Notes under the pieces: generated by a model
What the model was told of the DNA's origin: nothing
Seen by the model: the letters and a program-made list of their open reading frames with translations, nothing else
Database searches by the model: none
From: Acutalibacteraceae bacterium
GTDB lineage: Bacteria > Bacillota > Clostridia > Oscillospirales > Acutalibacteraceae
Length of the DNA: 64,000 nucleotides
Assembly (NCBI GenBank): GCA_045630885.1
Contig: JAZQTQ010000034.1
Span: forward strand, 18,606-82,605
Direction: 5' to 3'
Program-made: the position numbers and the translations under genes
Shown: positions 56,769-64,000 of the stretch, one piece after another
Layout: every line of letters starts with the position of its first letter
How positions within the stretch are numbered: position 1 is the stretch's first letter

Positions 56769-57224
56769 TTATCCCTCGTTTTGAAAAGAAATTACTTTAT
56801 CCATAAACAGTATGCCGTCGAGGTGGTCGATTTCATGACAAAGCGCTCGAGCAAGCAATCCGTCGCCTGCTATTTCATATTCATCGCCATATCTATCAAA
56901 AAATCTAACCTTAACCTTACGCGGTCTGTCTGTTACACCCCAAACTCCGGGGCAAGAAAGGCAACCTTCACTCTCGTTCTGACTACCCGACGCTTTGATG
57001 ATTCTTGGATTAACAAGCTCTATTGCGCCATCACCAACGTCGATAACGCAAATTCTTCTGAGAATACCAATTTGCGGAGCGGCAAGGCCGCATCCATCCA
57101 TATCATACATAGTATCCTTCATATCGTCTAATAACTGCGCCAATTTTTCATCAAAGTTTTCAACCGGACGACAAACTTTTCTTAAAATTGGGTCTGGATT
57201 TTTAACAACCTCTCTGATTGCCAT
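56769..57224 (-). CDS. def: Peptide deformylase
   Basis: 151 aa with GLAAPQIG, EGCLS and HEIDH motifs. Confidence 0.95.
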   Translation of the reverse strand: MAIREVVKNPDPILRKVCRPVENFDEKLAQLLDDMKDTMYDMDGCGLAAPQIGILRRICVIDVGDGAIELVNPRIIKASGSQNESEGCLSCPGVWGVTDRPRKVKVRFFDRYGDEYEIAGDGLLARALCHEIDHLDGILFMDKVISFQNEG

Positions 57225-57239
57225 TTAATTTCCTCCTAT

Positions 57240-59675
57240 TTAAACTATGCTTTCAGGGTTTATATCAATAGAAATAGAGGATTTTTTCGAAAAATCATTT
57301 TTATAAAAATCGTCCATTACTCCATTTAAAAGCTCACCAAATCTTGCGAAAGACTTGAATTTAACAAGCAACCTGAATCTATATTTATTATTAACCTTGG
57401 GAACGTTTGCTATTGCAGGACCCAAAATATTTATTTTTACATCTGAAAATTCATTTTCTACCTTTTCTTTTATGAGTCCGAAGACCAAAAATGCTGAATC
57501 GCTCGCACTTTGTCTGCTTTCGGATTGGATAACTATTTGCGCTAAATCACAATAAGGCGGATAAATCATCAGCTTTCTATTAAGAATTTCAGAATCATAA
57601 AAAGCCTCATAATCCTGAATTGCTGAAAGTTTAATAATATTATTATCGGGGTCTATCGTTTGTATAACGGCCTTACCGGGCGAATTTCCCCTACCTGATC
57701 TTCCAACAACCTGAGTTAACAATGAAAAGGTTTTTTCAAAACTTCTGAAATCATCGCTATACATCGAACGATCGGAAGAAAGAACACCTACCAGGGTTAC
57801 GTTTGGAAAATCAAGTCCTTTTGCAACCATCTGAGTTCCGAGCATAATATCGTATTCGCCATTTGAAAAAGCAGTTAAGCTCTTTTCATAGGCGTTTTTA
57901 GTCATTGTGCTATCGGCATCCATTCTAAGGATTCTGGCGCTCGGATAAAGCGTTTTCAGTTCTTCTTCAACCTTTTGCGTTCCAACTCCTAAATATTTCA
58001 TATGCTCTCCGCCACAGACGGAGCACTTTGAACTGTAAGGTATGGAATGTCCGCAATAATGGCAAAGAAGCCGTCCGTTCGCCGAATGATACGTCATAGA
58101 AATGCTACAGTTTGGACAGGTTACAACCTCTCCGCAAGAAGCACAAGAAACGAAGGTATTATGTCCTCGACGGTTAAGAAGCAATATTGCTTGCTTTTTA
58201 GTTTTCAAAACCTCAGTTATGCTATCTGACAAATAACGACTGATAATCGATTTGTTACCCTCAAAGAGTTCATTTTTCATATCAACAGTTACTACTTCGG
58301 GAAGTTTTGCGCTACCATATCTATGCTTTAATTTCAAAAGATTATATTTGCCCGAAAGAGCCATTGAAAAAGATTCAACGGAAGGAGTCGCCGAGGCCAT
58401 AATAAGCATACAGTTGTTAAATGATGCCCTGAATCTAGCAACGTCCCTGGCATGAAATTTCGGACTTTGTTCTGATTTATAAGTATGTTCTTGTTCTTCG
58501 TCGATAATTATAAGTCCGAGTTTTTCAAAAGGCGCAAAAACTGCAGAGCGAGTTCCGATAGCAACCAATGCGTCGCCATTCTTAACCCTTTTCCATTCAT
58601 CCATCCTCTGCCCTAAAGACATTGCGCTATGAAAAACTGCAACGTTATCTCCGTATCTTTTATTAAAAATGCTTATGGTTTGCGGAGTCAGAGCGATTTC
58701 AGGCACCATAACGATAACGCCGAGACCTTTTTCAACGACCTTATCCGCCATTTTTAAAAAGACTTGAGTTTTTCCGCTTCCCGTAACACCGAAAAGCAGG
58801 TTCGCAGAATAGCCTTTATCATATTCGCTTAATAGCCTATCAAACGCTTCCTGTTGTTCTCCCATAAGCTTTATTGCCGTTTTTTCCGAGGGAGAATAGT
58901 TATAAGGTTTTCGATAATATTCTTGTTCGAAAATTTCAACGACACCATTTTTCTCAAGTGTTTTAACAACCCCTTGAGTCAAACCCGTGAAATAACAAAT
59001 TTCTTTAACACTACATTCGCCCGTCTGTTTTAAAAGTTCAACAATTTCTGATTGTTTCTTGGTTAATTTAACATCATCAAAAGCACTTGTCAGCCTAACC
59101 ATTTTAACGGCAGCATCGCCCATTTTTCTGGAAGCGGTATCGCTTCTTACGAGTGCGCCCTTTTTATAGAGATTTTCAAGAATTTTCGAATCTCTTTGAA
59201 AACCGAAATCTTTTAAAAGCTTATCTCTTTCAAAAAGAGCCATTGAATTTCTCAAATAGGCAAGAATTCTTGCCTCATCTTCATTTACAGACCCTTGGAA
59301 TTCTTCACAAATTCCATAAGATATAACGGTTTTGAGAGAAATTCCAACAGGCAGAAGAATTTTAATTGCATCAAAATATGTGCAAAAAGTTCTCTTTTTG
59401 AGAATTTCCGCAAGTTTTAGCATTTCGTCATTTAAAATAGGCTCTTCATCGAGCAACGCAATAACGCTTTTTAGCTTTTCGCTTGGCAAATCCGTTGCTC
59501 CGACAACTTCAACAATAAGGCCTTGCCTCGTACCTATTCCATTGCCAAACGGCACAAGAACTCTGCTTCCCGGCTTCGCTTTTGATAAATCATTTGGGAG
59601 AAGATAGTCATATGGCTTGTCAATACGATAAACCGCTTGATCAACCACAACTCGAGCTATCAAAACGCTATCCAT
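57240..59675 (-). CDS. priA: Primosomal replication-restart helicase PriA
   Basis: 811 aa. Has the 3'-DNA-binding N-terminus, helicase motifs GVTGSGKTQ and DEEQ, and a Cys-rich zinc insertion (CASCG...CPNC...CHYCG...CSVCG). Confidence 0.95.
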   Translation of the reverse strand: MDSVLIARVVVDQAVYRIDKPYDYLLPNDLSKAKPGSRVLVPFGNGIGTRQGLIVEVVGATDLPSEKLKSVIALLDEEPILNDEMLKLAEILKKRTFCTYFDAIKILLPVGISLKTVISYGICEEFQGSVNEDEARILAYLRNSMALFERDKLLKDFGFQRDSKILENLYKKGALVRSDTASRKMGDAAVKMVRLTSAFDDVKLTKKQSEIVELLKQTGECSVKEICYFTGLTQGVVKTLEKNGVVEIFEQEYYRKPYNYSPSEKTAIKLMGEQQEAFDRLLSEYDKGYSANLLFGVTGSGKTQVFLKMADKVVEKGLGVIVMVPEIALTPQTISIFNKRYGDNVAVFHSAMSLGQRMDEWKRVKNGDALVAIGTRSAVFAPFEKLGLIIIDEEQEHTYKSEQSPKFHARDVARFRASFNNCMLIMASATPSVESFSMALSGKYNLLKLKHRYGSAKLPEVVTVDMKNELFEGNKSIISRYLSDSITEVLKTKKQAILLLNRRGHNTFVSCASCGEVVTCPNCSISMTYHSANGRLLCHYCGHSIPYSSKCSVCGGEHMKYLGVGTQKVEEELKTLYPSARILRMDADSTMTKNAYEKSLTAFSNGEYDIMLGTQMVAKGLDFPNVTLVGVLSSDRSMYSDDFRSFEKTFSLLTQVVGRSGRGNSPGKAVIQTIDPDNNIIKLSAIQDYEAFYDSEILNRKLMIYPPYCDLAQIVIQSESRQSASDSAFLVFGLIKEKVENEFSDVKINILGPAIANVPKVNNKYRFRLLVKFKSFARFGELLNGVMDDFYKNDFSKKSSISIDINPESIV

Positions 59676-59710
59676 GACAAGCCACCTCTTTTCATTATAA
59701 TTTTAAGAAA

Positions 59711-59890
59711 TTATTTATCAAGTTCTTTTGCAAGCTCGTTCATTGCAAGGGTAACAGGCTTCTCGATAATGATCTCATTATCTCTCTCTGCTTTTTCGGA
59801 AATTTTGCGCGCTCTCTGAGCCACGTCTAAAACCAAGTCATAACGGTTTTCATAATCATTAATAAGTTTACCTATTGCGGGATTCAGCAT
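59711..59890 (-). CDS. rpoZ: DNA-directed RNA polymerase subunit omega
   Basis: Below the track cutoff. Translation is MLNPAIGKLINDYENRYDLVLDVAQRARKISEKAERDNEIIIEKPVTLAMNELAKELDK, which has the NRY-LV---A-RAR and KPV--A motifs. It lies between gmk and priA and overlaps the gmk 3' end by 23 nt. Confidence 0.8.
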   Translation of the reverse strand: MLNPAIGKLINDYENRYDLVLDVAQRARKISEKAERDNEIIIEKPVTLAMNELAKELDK

Positions 59891-60494
59891 CTTTTAACAC
59901 CTCGTTTATTATATTTATTTTTCGTTCTTTTTTGGAACGGTCGCTGACTATTATTGCAACAAGATCGCTAACTGCCTGAGATAAATCATCGTTTATAACG
60001 ATATAATCATATTTTTCGGCATTACCAATCTCATCAATAGCTATTTTTAATCTGCCCTCTATCTGCTCCTCGGTTTCTGTTCCTCTTGAGCTCAATCTGT
60101 TTTTGAGGACCTCAAAAGAAGGCGGCATTATAAATACGCTTATTGCGTTTGGATACACGCCTCTTACCTTCTCTGCGCCATTTATATCAACCTCGACGAT
60201 AATATCTTCATCATTTTTTATTGCTTCGTCAACCGGAGCCTTCGGAGTTCCATAATAATTTCCAAGATAAATATTATGTTCAAGCATTTCGCCGTTTTTT
60301 AAGGCTTCCTCAAATTCTTCTTTGGATATAAAATGATACTTACCGTCTTGAACTTCGCCCTCTCTCATCGCTCTCGTTATAGAAGATATAGAGAACTTAA
60401 GCTCGGGACGAAGCTTGAAAACTTCGGAAAGCACAGTATCTTTTCCTGAACCCGAAGGGCCGGAAACAATAATTAACTGTCCGTTATTCATCAA
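59868..60494 (-). CDS. gmk: Guanylate kinase
   Basis: 208 aa with LIIVSGPSGSGKDT and the TTR-like SSITRAMREGE motif. Confidence 0.95.
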   Translation of the reverse strand: MMNNGQLIIVSGPSGSGKDTVLSEVFKLRPELKFSISSITRAMREGEVQDGKYHFISKEEFEEALKNGEMLEHNIYLGNYYGTPKAPVDEAIKNDEDIIVEVDINGAEKVRGVYPNAISVFIMPPSFEVLKNRLSSRGTETEEQIEGRLKIAIDEIGNAEKYDYIVINDDLSQAVSDLVAIIVSDRSKKERKINIINEVLKDAESRNR

Positions 60495-60744
60495 TTTCTT
60501 CCTCCTTTTCGGCTTCCATAAATCTCTCCGTTATCTTATCGAGAGACATATACGAAAGAACTATATATTCGCTATCAGTGAAAATAACTGATTTAGTTTT
60601 TCTGCCTTGAGTTGCATCGATGAGAAAACCTCTTTCTTTCGCCTCGCTGACAACCCTTTTTATGGGAGCCGATTCGGGGCTTACAACCGAAATGACTCTC
60701 TCGGCTGATATTAGATTTCCGAATCCAATATTAACTAGTTTCAT
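60484..60744 (-). CDS. remA: RemA/DUF370 family regulatory protein
   Basis: 86 aa with LVNIGFGNLISAERVISVVSPESAPIKR...GFLIDATQGRKTKSVIFTDS, as in RemA (YlzA). Confidence 0.85.
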   Translation of the reverse strand: MKLVNIGFGNLISAERVISVVSPESAPIKRVVSEAKERGFLIDATQGRKTKSVIFTDSEYIVLSYMSLDKITERFMEAEKEEEIDE

Positions 60745-60755
60745 TTGCGTTCCTC

Positions 60756-61634
60756 TTACTCTATGTTCTGAATCTGCTCTCTGATTTTTTCAATTTCAGA
60801 TTTTATGTCAACGACAGCTCCCGCAATCTCTATATCCTGAGCTTTAGAACCGATTGTGTTAGCTTCCCTGTTCATTTCCTGAACAATAAAATCGAGTTTT
60901 CTTCCAACAGCTTCTTCGCTTTCAAGAAGTTTGCAAAGTTGACTCATATGACTTCTTAATCTGACAGTTTCTTCGCTAACGGCAAGTTTATCCGCAATAA
61001 TTCCGGTTTCAAGCAAAAGCCTTTGTTCGTCGATATTTATATCTCCTAAAAGGTCTTTCATTCTTTGTTCGAGTTTTTCTCGGTATTCTTTAACAGTTTG
61101 AGGAGAACGTTCCTCAACAAAAGCTACTTTTTCTTCGATAAACTTAACTCTGGATACAACGTCCTCCTTAAGTTTTAAACCTTCAACGCTTCTCATTTCA
61201 ACGAAATTATTGATAGCATCCGTTGCAACATCTTTTACGATGCTCCAAAGCAAATCCTCGTCCATCTCGCTTTTTGTTATTTCAAATATTTCGGAATTTC
61301 TTGAAAGCGAACTAACCGAAACATCGTATTTAACCTTATATTCCTTTGAAAGCTGTTTTAAAGCCGAAATATAAGCATCGGCAAAAGGCTTGTTTATATT
61401 TATAACCGTTTCGCCCAACGCAGAGGTGTTAAGGGTTAAAAACAAATCAACCTTTCCTCTTGCAACCCTATTAGAAACTAAAGTTTTGAGTTTATCTTCA
61501 AGAAACGCACATCCGCGAGGAACTCTTGGAGAAAACTCAAGATATCTATGATTTACAGACTTAAGCTCAACCGAAACCTGAATACCTTCAACGACCGCCT
61601 GAGCCCTTCCGTAACCTGTCATACTTCTAACCAT
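60756..61634 (-). CDS. YicC/YloC-family stress-induced endoribonuclease
   Basis: 292 aa. Has N-terminal MTGYGRA and C-terminal DFIVQEMNREANTIGSKA. Confidence 0.85.
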   Translation of the reverse strand: MVRSMTGYGRAQAVVEGIQVSVELKSVNHRYLEFSPRVPRGCAFLEDKLKTLVSNRVARGKVDLFLTLNTSALGETVININKPFADAYISALKQLSKEYKVKYDVSVSSLSRNSEIFEITKSEMDEDLLWSIVKDVATDAINNFVEMRSVEGLKLKEDVVSRVKFIEEKVAFVEERSPQTVKEYREKLEQRMKDLLGDINIDEQRLLLETGIIADKLAVSEETVRLRSHMSQLCKLLESEEAVGRKLDFIVQEMNREANTIGSKAQDIEIAGAVVDIKSEIEKIREQIQNIE

Positions 61635-61760
61635 AATCTCACATCTTTCAACATATCAAATTATTAATATATTTTACCAAATTTATACCCCGTTTGTCAA
61701 CCTTTTAAGCCCTTAATTAGAGCTTAATATTAAAAAAATTAATATTTATTTAAAAAAGGC

Positions 61761-61789
61761 TTGACTTTTTGAGAAACTTATCATATAAT
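61761..61789 (+). promoter_or_regulatory. Sigma-A promoter of tRNA-Thr
   Basis: TTGACT (61761-61766), 17 nt, TATAAT (61784-61789), 20 nt upstream of the tRNA 5' end. Confidence 0.55.
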
Positions 61790-61809
61790 ATCACTTGTTC
61801 GAAATATTT

Positions 61810-61885
<76 letters not shown>

Positions 61886-61886
61886 A

Positions 61887-61917
61887 ATCCCGTTCACTGT
61901 AATGAGCGGGATTTTTA
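61887..61917 (+). terminator. Terminator after tRNA-Thr
   Basis: ATCCCGTTCA-CTGTAA-TGAGCGGGAT (one G-U pair) followed by TTTT. Confidence 0.6.
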
Positions 61918-62009
61918 TTTATTTCATCACGATTCGCAATTTTGTTTGTTGACAAAATACAATATGGTTTGCTATAATACCCTCATAAGATTTTTTGAGG
62001 GTGTTTTTT

Positions 62010-62729
62010 ATGAATACAATAAAAATTAACAAAGACAAAGCTTTATTAATTGCTCATCGCGGACTTTCCGGAATCGAACCTGAAAACACAAATTCTGCCT
62101 TCGTTGCTGCGGGCAATCGTTCTTTTTACGGAATAGAAACAGATATTCATTTAACGACCGACAACAGGTTTGTTATTACGCACGATAGCAGTCTTTTAAG
62201 AACGTCGGGCGAAGACGTTAACGTTGAAAATGTTAGCCTTAGAGCTTCTCAAAGCGTTATTCTTTTTGATAAAGATAAAACACAAGACCGAATTGATTTA
62301 CGCACCCCAACTCTTGAGGATTATTTAAAGATTTGCAAAAGATACGAAAAGCATTGCGTCTTAGAACTTAAATCAAACTTTACAAAAAATCATATTAAAA
62401 AAATCATTAAAATCATTGAATGCTTCGGCTATCTTGATAACGTTACCTTCATTTCTTTTAATTATAAAAATCTTCAAAAAGTTAAAAGTCTTCTTCCAAA
62501 TCATTCCGTGCAGTATCTTTTCTGGGTTATAACGGATGAAATTCTCGACCGTTTAGTAACAGACAATATAGACGTTGACGTTCATCACCCCGCCTTAACA
62601 AAAGAACTGGTGGATAAAATTCACAACCTCGGTCTTAAGGTTAACTGTTGGACGGTTGACAAAAAAGAAAGAGCAGAAGAACTTGTTTCTTGGGGCGTCG
62701 ATTTTATAACGACTAATATTCTCGAATAA
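62010..62729 (+). CDS. Glycerophosphodiester phosphodiesterase (GDPD family)
   Basis: LLIAHRGLSGIEPENT and GIETDIHLTTDNRFVITHD are GDPD catalytic motifs. The start is set at ATG 62010 (MNTIKI). The track ORF begins 5 codons earlier. Confidence 0.85.
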   Translation: MNTIKINKDKALLIAHRGLSGIEPENTNSAFVAAGNRSFYGIETDIHLTTDNRFVITHDSSLLRTSGEDVNVENVSLRASQSVILFDKDKTQDRIDLRTPTLEDYLKICKRYEKHCVLELKSNFTKNHIKKIIKIIECFGYLDNVTFISFNYKNLQKVKSLLPNHSVQYLFWVITDEILDRLVTDNIDVDVHHPALTKELVDKIHNLGLKVNCWTVDKKERAEELVSWGVDFITTNILE

Positions 62730-62742
62730 TTTTGGAGTATTT

Positions 62743-63222
62743 ATGAAACGTTTTTTGATTTTATTAATAATTTCACTACAAGTTTTATTGCTATCCGCTT
62801 GCAAAAACGAAGAAGTTTTTGGGGATTATTCTTTAACCTATAGTTTTTCTGAAAACTCTGCAGTTCATAGTTCAAATTCCGAAAAAGAAGAAGCCTCAAC
62901 ACTTGAGCTTTCTTCTAATACAAAATGCGCAGAACAACACGAAATTGTGAGTTTTAAAAACACTATATATGCGGGAGATAAAGCAAACATAAAAATAAAA
63001 GGATTACCTTCCACCGATTATTCAATTGCCGTTTTCTATTCTTCAGGTCAAAGCAAATCTAAGGATTTAATAACAAAAAGCTCAAACGAAAACGGAGTTG
63101 TTTTCTGGGAATGGCGCGTTGGCTTTAATACTAAACCCGGTTGTTACTCGTTAATTATTTCCAAATCGTCGGAACAAGTAATAAAAACCGAATTCAACGT
63201 TATATCAAGAGATGCTGAATAG
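62743..63222 (+). CDS. Hypothetical lipoprotein
   Basis: 159 aa with a signal peptide and lipobox (LLLSAC). Confidence 0.6.
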   Translation: MKRFLILLIISLQVLLLSACKNEEVFGDYSLTYSFSENSAVHSSNSEKEEASTLELSSNTKCAEQHEIVSFKNTIYAGDKANIKIKGLPSTDYSIAVFYSSGQSKSKDLITKSSNENGVVFWEWRVGFNTKPGCYSLIISKSSEQVIKTEFNVISRDAE

Positions 63223-63292
63223 CACTATATTCATAAAGGTTTTCGTTTTTGCTATATTTTGCAATACGAAAACCTTTTTAATATTTATTTTA

Positions 63293-63320
63293 TTGAAAAC
63301 GGTGAAAAATATGTTATAAT
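63293..63320 (+). promoter_or_regulatory. Sigma-A promoter (extended -10) upstream of the MFS transporter gene
   Basis: TTGAAA (63293-63298), 16 nt, TGT-TATAAT (63312-63320). Confidence 0.45.
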
Positions 63321-63347
63321 ATTAGTAAAAACACTTGAGGTGATAAT

Positions 63348-64000
63348 ATGAAGTTAAACTATAAAAGAACAACTTTAATTGGATTTGCTTTTATGTCAAT
63401 TCTCGCTTTTTGGCAATTCTATGACCAAGTTATTCCTTACGTTCTCGAAAATATTTTCAACTTGGGAACGCTCGAAACTAACGCTATAATGTCAATCGAT
63501 AATGTTTTGGCAATTTTTATGCTTCCTCTCTTCGGTGCAATTTCAGATAAAACCCGAAGTCCTCTTGGAAAAAGAACCCCTTATATTCTCTTTGGAACAC
63601 TCGCTTCAACCATCCTTATGGTATTCTTAGGCTTTTTCACAGATGGGAAAAACTTTTATGGGTTTATTATTACCCTTATGCTGACGCTAATCGTTATGGC
63701 GGTTTATCGCTCCCCCGCAGTTGCGTATATGCCCGATGTTACGCCTAAGCCTCTCAGAAGCAAAGGAAACGCTATTATTAATCTCGTTGGTTATATCGGC
63801 GGAATTTTCTCAATGATAGTTATGATGTTCACTCTAAAAAGTGAGAAGAATGCTGACGGTGTATCGGTTTATTCAAGCGGACAAGCTTTTCTGCCCACCT
63901 ATATAATCATCGCTTGTTTTATGCTCGTTTCGGTTATCATTCTCGTTTTAACTATTAAAGAAAACAAAATCTCTAAAGAAGTTATCATAGAAGATGACCT
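63348..64000 (+). CDS. MFS-type (glycoside-pentoside-hexuronide/SLC45-like) transporter, 3' end outside window
   Basis: GAGGTG RBS upstream. Translation begins MKLNYKRTTLIGFAFMSILAFWQFYDQVIPY...LPLFGAISDKTRSPLGKRTPYILFGT, with multiple TM helices. The frame is open to the window end. Confidence 0.75.
   Translation, partial: MKLNYKRTTLIGFAFMSILAFWQFYDQVIPYVLENIFNLGTLETNAIMSIDNVLAIFMLPLFGAISDKTRSPLGKRTPYILFGTLASTILMVFLGFFTDGKNFYGFIITLMLTLIVMAVYRSPAVAYMPDVTPKPLRSKGNAIINLVGYIGGIFSMIVMMFTLKSEKNADGVSVYSSGQAFLPTYIIIACFMLVSVIILVLTIKENKISKEVIIEDD

Noticed and set aside
48571-61634. Absence of rpe and coaBC from the otherwise B. subtilis-like yloC...spoVM cluster, and presence of an extra Zn-metallopeptidase gene between rsmB and fmt.
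   Set aside because: This is probably ordinary lineage-specific synteny variation in Clostridia. Nothing in the sequence suggests a recent deletion or insertion: the junctions are tight, there are no repeats, and the genes overlap or abut.

Overview
Low-GC Firmicutes chromosome segment. The sporulation genes present (spoIVB, ymxH, sigG, spoVM, ctsR-mcsA-mcsB-clpC) indicate an endospore-forming Clostridia-type organism, and the carbohydrate genes and a choloylglycine-hydrolase-family gene hint at a gut habitat. Most genes lie on the minus strand. Housekeeping blocks are:
- murB-glcK-hprK
- ychF plus a divergent P-type ATPase
- ssrA (tmRNA)-smpB-tgt-queA
- dapB
- the clpC stress operon
- ptsH-trmD-rimM-KH-rpsP-ffh-ylxM
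- type III glutamine synthetase
- prfC
- the conserved yloC-remA-gmk-rpoZ-priA-def-fmt-rsmB-rlmN-prpC-prkC-rsgA-thiN-spoVM cluster
- two tRNAs, Pro-GGG and Thr-GGT

An accessory envelope/glycan region (24.9-35.3 kb) carries LicD, TagB/F, an Fe-ADH::LicD fusion, a TagGH-like exporter, GT4 and a GH42 beta-galactosidase.

The main finding is that the forespore sigma factor gene sigG is cleanly split at codon ~97 (5' segment 24394-24714, 3' segment 17265-17753). The intervening element is 6,679 bp with these properties:
- It is bounded by a 10-bp direct repeat (TCATCGGCAC).
- 18-bp inverted arms lie just inside each end.
- A large serine recombinase is encoded flush against the right end.
- The cargo is carbohydrate-catabolic (GH94 phosphorylase, SGNH hydrolase, FAD oxidoreductase), not phage genes.

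Conceptual excision restores an in-frame 256-aa SigG. This resembles the skin element in sigK, but it sits in a forespore (germ-line) gene, which to my knowledge has not been described.

Several small genes below the ORF-track threshold were found by eye:
- spoVM
- rpoZ
- a 44-aa peptide with 12 cysteines
- a few tiny membrane or acidic proteins

I saw no CRISPR arrays, rRNA genes or IS transposases.
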